A DNA stretch of 64,000 nucleotides, from assembly GCA_030704615.1 (NCBI GenBank), contig CM060732.1:72230001-72294000 (forward strand). Reading direction: 5' to 3'. Positions 59,801 through 64,000 of the stretch are shown here, in pieces (the stretch's first letter is position 1; every line of letters starts with the position of its first letter). Both the position numbers and the translations under genes were made by a program. Origin of the DNA: Takakia lepidozioides (lineage: Eukaryota > Plantae > Bryophyta). A model generated the notes under the pieces. It saw only the letters and a list, made by a program, of their open reading frames with translations. It had not been told where the DNA came from and ran no database searches.

Positions 59801-62800
59801 CGAAGGCGTTCTTCTATTAATTCAACCATTTCATCCTCAGTAGTGTAAGTCTGTTTAAGTCAGTGTAGTATTTCCACACACTGTCGCCATAATTATATTT
59901 TAAGTCTGGTGTGGTGTAAGCTATGGCCCTTTCTTCACGAAAGAGCTTGCGAGCCAATTCTCTGGCTTCTACCCAAGTAAGATCATTTTTGTCCTTGATA
60001 TTGGACTCAAATAGTTGCCTGGCCTCTCCCTTGAGACAAATCCGAAAAGACTTTACTTGGAACCGTGGGGGAACACCATTCATTTCAGTGTTGATTTCAA
60101 AAAATTCCAAGAATGACTCAAAATCCTCCTCTAAGTTGTACTCAGGGTATTGTTGCTTATGCATTCGCTCCCCATGATCAGTTTTCCGTGATGTGGTATC
60201 CGTGGGCTTACTTGGGGAAGGAGTGTACCTGCTGCACAAACATCACTTCATCACCTCTCACTGTGTGTCTGGGTGGGATTCGAAGCCCAGTGCCCCTCCA
60301 GACAGGTAGCCGTGTACTCCTCTTCTCATGCCTATATTTACAAGATCTATGCTAGAGAGAGAAGTAGAAGAGACGATGGGACTAAGTGAGTTGGAAAAAC
60401 GTGCAGCGGAGGAGAGGGACGAGACAACAACTAATGAAAGAAATAATACGGAAAGGGGAGAGTCGTCCGGAGATCACAAGGATCCGGCGACTGTGCCTCA
60501 ACCCACATTTGATTTGGACGAGCTGCGTGAAGCCATGGGGGTGATTTCAAATTGCCCCCCCCCCCCGCTTATGAAGATGTTGCTGAAACAAACTATTTAA
60601 TGCCAAATCAGAAAGTGAGGTACAATAAGTTAAATTCATAATATAATCACACTTCAAATCCACTTTGACTAAACTATGTAACAACAAAGCCACTTTTACA
60701 ATAACTCACAATCTACGGTTTATTTTTTATTTTATTAAAAAAAACGATTATTCAACAAATCCCATGTCCTTGAACTATATGACAATAGATTTTGAATTAT
60801 TTTAAATTGATACTTAATTACGACATAATTCAGAATGATTCAAGAATCACCAGACAATAATCTTATGTCCATGGACTTCAATCCTCAACTATGGTCTTAA
60901 TTGAGGTAGACTAGGTATAGTATTTAAGGTTCCCATTCATGGTTTCTTCCGTCAGGCAGCTTGGCAATCAATTCCTTCAACTGCAAAGAGAGGATTTGTC
61001 AAACAATGTCAATTTCAGCGGTCTTCCATGTGAAAGGAAAGATATGGATGTGATACCGTTAAGATTCATAAATATCAGTCATGCGAAAAATACATATGGA
61101 GTGGCAAAATGTTTGAGTGTCCTAGATGAGGTTGCTCGACTGCTAAATCAATGGATTGTCATTACAATGTTTCTGTACTAAGAGTATCCCTTGGCAAGCC
61201 ATATGTTGAGGGCACCACATGGTGCCACTTACATATATCTTATCCCAGCAGAGGGGAAAAACCCAACTACCATTTCAGCTTCTGTGTAGCACTCAGACTG
61301 TCGTCTCCAAGAAAATACTGTCCACAGGCACCAAGGACATGTAGAACGTTAAGACAGCTAAAAAGAGGACCTCTTCTTTCAACCCCTTGTCCCTCTTGCT
61401 CATCTCCAACAAGAAAGCCCACCATGTTGTCCCCAAATTGCAGGGAACCACCCATGACTTTACTACAAACACACACACACTCTCTCTCCCACATATAGAT
61501 TCCTCTTACCTTAAAGAGGCCTTGAGTTTTATGAGGGATTTCCTAGATCTCTCGAAGAAATGATTGTTTAAAAAATTCCATAGTATTCACATAACAATAT
61601 AGAAACAGGAGAAATGGCATTGTTGCAAAAGTAGGGTTGAATACAGTGGAAGAGTTGAACTTATACTTATTTGGAAGACCATTGCCCATGTTCTATCAAA
61701 ATCAGACAACTTGTGTGTGGCATCCTCAACCAACTTACATGACAAACACAAAACCTGCATTGCATTATGTTGAAGCTAAGTTCATGCAAGATGAGATGTA
61801 TTAGCTTCACAATAGAGAGCTTATAGTTCAAATTTCCTGAAGCTTATTAACCCTAGTCTTGTTTGCCTCACCTGCCATCCCCATGCACAAGCAGGCTGCT
61901 TCATGGGAGCCGCACTACTATGTCAAAAATCTGACTGCTAGTTGGAGTAGCAGTGCATCAATAAAAAAAAATTCTGGTAAGCATATTTTTTGGCATTCCA
62001 TAGAAATGGGGTCTGATTCTTTCTCATCTGGTAAGTAGGGCCAACTTCTATGGATTTCCAGGTTTCAGGTGGCAATCAGTAGGCAGGTGCTCTAACCTTG
62101 CCATCCTTGTAGATGAACTTGTAGTGGTCTTGGGGGCTGCTTTCGGGATGAGAGAAATGCAGTTCATGTAGCTGTCGGCTACAGAGCCGTATCCATTATG
62201 TGGTGGCACTGGCATCCTTGCCAGCACAGGGCCCTCCTCCTGCTCATTACATCCATAACCATCAGCAAGCCTTTGAATTGCATTGGTCTCCAGTGGATGT
62301 CTTTCAAAGTATGGTACACATCTGATTGAGGGTAAGTACAATCTTCTGTCTCCCAACCTGTGCCTAATGCAAAAAAGATGGGCAGAATAAAGGAGGCCTG
62401 GCAGTGCTCTCCTCACAATCTGCATTGCCATAGTATTCATTGGTGACAAATAGGTATGAGCATACAGGTTATCCAAAGATAGTAGCTTTCCAGAAAAAAA
62501 CACATAAAAGAGCCAGCTCATTAGTTACGTGGACATTCATAGCCTCAAGCATGTCATCCCTCACACCATATTTGGTCTGGTAATAGTTGTGTTGGAGACT
62601 ATCTCTCCCCCTCTCTTGTATCTTGCTTTACATTGTCCAGGATATTCTCTCTCAATATAGGAAGTTGGGAGTGATTGGAGCACGAGGTAGGTCTTATGTA
62701 TGTAGTCCCCAATGGTTGATGTTCATCTTCAGATTTCAATATTGCCAACAGTTCCTCCATTTTAAGGCATGAAAATCTTTTTGTAGCATTCTTAAATGAA

Positions 62801-62839
62801 TGTTTTGTTGTTCACCTTTTCGTATAGACAGTGAAGCGT

Positions 62840-63010
62840 GAATATAGTATTTCAATATTTCAGTATTCAATATTTCATCGAGTATTTGAGCAAGTATTTC
62901 AGTATTTCAGCCAGTTTTTCAGCAAGTATATTAATATTTCAGCCAGTTCTTCAACAAGTATTTTAATATTTCAGTGGGTATTTCAACAAGCATTTCAATA
63001 TTTTAATAAC
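62840..63010. repeat. AT-rich low-complexity (AGTATTTC-like) repeat
   Basis: Repeated A(G/A)TATTT(C/T)A units. Confidence 0.7.
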
Positions 63011-63130
63011 TAGTAAATTCGAAGATCAGTTTTGTAATATCATACATCAATATTTAATTCACACATCAATAAAGTTCTGCCACGGCTTCTGTCCCCGACT
63101 TTATAAATAAATAAATAAATGAATTTTCCT

Positions 63131-63691
63131 TGTGGAGCTGGGATTCCTTCTCACCTTCTTTTTCGACTTGGATGAACGGAGGAGGGACGTGCCCCAGATG
63201 ATTTAGGGATGGATGGAATCAGGATGAAGTCTGGATGAACTTACACCTTGCGCATGAGGATGAGCTGGCAATAACTTATGACTTTATTAGGTGTTGTCTT
63301 ATTCTAACAGCTAGTTTAGGATTAGATTAGGATGGATCTGGGTGATCTGGCTTCTTTCTATGGCTATGCTGGAAGGGCATCTGACTGGCCTTTATGTAAG
63401 TGCCACGCGGCACTAGGATTAGATTACGACCTAATACTATTTAAACTCGACTGCCGTGGTAGTGAGGGTGGTGGCTTTTGGGTCTTACGCGAGTGTACAC
63501 TTGGTGTAACGGTGTGCTTGAGTGTGTTGATAAATGCGTTCTGGATGTCCGACTCTGTTGCGTCCTCTTCGTGAGATCCCGTCTTCTCTGCCAGGCCCAT
63601 CGATCGACTACATCCCCCCTGATAGGATTAAGTCCGGTAGAGGAAGGGGAACAAACCCATAGCGCCGAAATCATGGTGGAGATGCAGGGTA
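63131..63691 (+). mobile_element. 5' LTR (family copy 3) followed by a tRNA-Ala-type PBS
   Basis: LTR 63131-63673 lacks the last 9 bp seen in the other copies, then TGGTGGAGATGCAGGGTA, near-complementary to the 3' end of cytosolic tRNA-Ala. Confidence 0.8.
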
Positions 63692-63891
63692 ACTAAAAAT
63701 CGTTAGCAAAGAATTTGGCTCGTACGAAACACCTGAGAATAGTAGATTGCGTACGGGGGATCCTGCACGATTGAGGGGAGAGGTAGTGGCAAAATGACGG
63801 CTTGTATGTCATGCACAGTGAGAGAGAGAGAGAGTTTGCCTGCTCAAGTTTTTTTGTGTTTTGAGAGTTTCACAAGTGAGCACTATGGCTT

Positions 63892-64000
63892 CCAGTTGTA
63901 GCCCAGTGGTAATGGCCACAAACCACCTAAAAAGTGGTTGTGGGTTCAATCCACGGATTGGTGTCACAAAGTTGTGCCCCTTTGGTTGAGTGACACCATA
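63892..64000 (+). mobile_element. tRNA-derived SINE (second family), copy 2, runs off the window
   Basis: TAGCCCAGTGG..GGTTCAATCC..GACACCATA shared with 13417-13590. Confidence 0.65.

Larger units (their letters stand above)
53230..60340 (-). mobile_element. Degenerate Ty3/gypsy internal region: gag-PR-dUTPase-like-RT-RH-INT
   Basis: gag with CMVCKSKEH; PR VIDTGA..LLGLDWM; GVIDRGFKGE; WASPIVL..FCVDFRRLN; YIDD; RH QTD.S..AYASR..TDH; INT PFARVGLDLVGPL, TDQGTQF, GPYVI and HVSLLVP (beyond the CACTA insertion). Confidence 0.92.

Noticed and set aside
60328-62560. ORFs at 60328-60600 (+) and 62048-62521 (-)
   Set aside because: No motif I can recognise and no supportable exon structure; left unannotated pending BLASTx.
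52391-63673. LTR pair belonging to the Ty3 at 53230-60340
   Set aside because: The two LTRs are in opposite orientation, the PBS points away from the Ty3, and no polypurine tract adjoins the 52.9-kb LTR.

Overview
Eukaryotic nuclear DNA from a land plant. A bryophyte-grade host is inferred from the TE repertoire; the species cannot be determined here. Four host genes lie in a densely nested transposon landscape: an intronless DREB/TINY-type AP2/ERF gene (4174-4902 +), a purine permease with one in-frame stop (11261-12684 -), DENR/TMA22 (8 exons, 43138-47310 +) and an MPO1/DUF962 gene (4 exons, 50038-51727 -). Two elements carry DNA-methyltransferase cargo. (1) A 12.5-kb Mutator-like element (27045-39545) lacks long TIRs and has, divergent from its GCM-MULE-SWIM transposase, a multi-exon gene. 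That gene combines a ParB/Srx-type GxxRxxA domain with a beta-class N6A/N4C methyltransferase-like domain, and one of its introns holds an array of conserved 24-bp palindromes. (2) A Ty3/gypsy-like element (15217-23532) has a DNMT3-like C5 methyltransferase directly after gag-protease and a 2.3-kb G-rich satellite in its leader. It shares structured terminal sequence with an element at 1-1485 whose integrase ends in a PHD finger. Both cargo genes are pseudogenised in these copies. Also present: Copia, L1-like, CRE-like, hAT, CACTA, Harbinger-MITE, SINE and solo-LTR remnants, and a second Ty3 with a dUTPase-like domain and a captured host MFS exon. All domain calls are by-eye motif recognition, not database searches.
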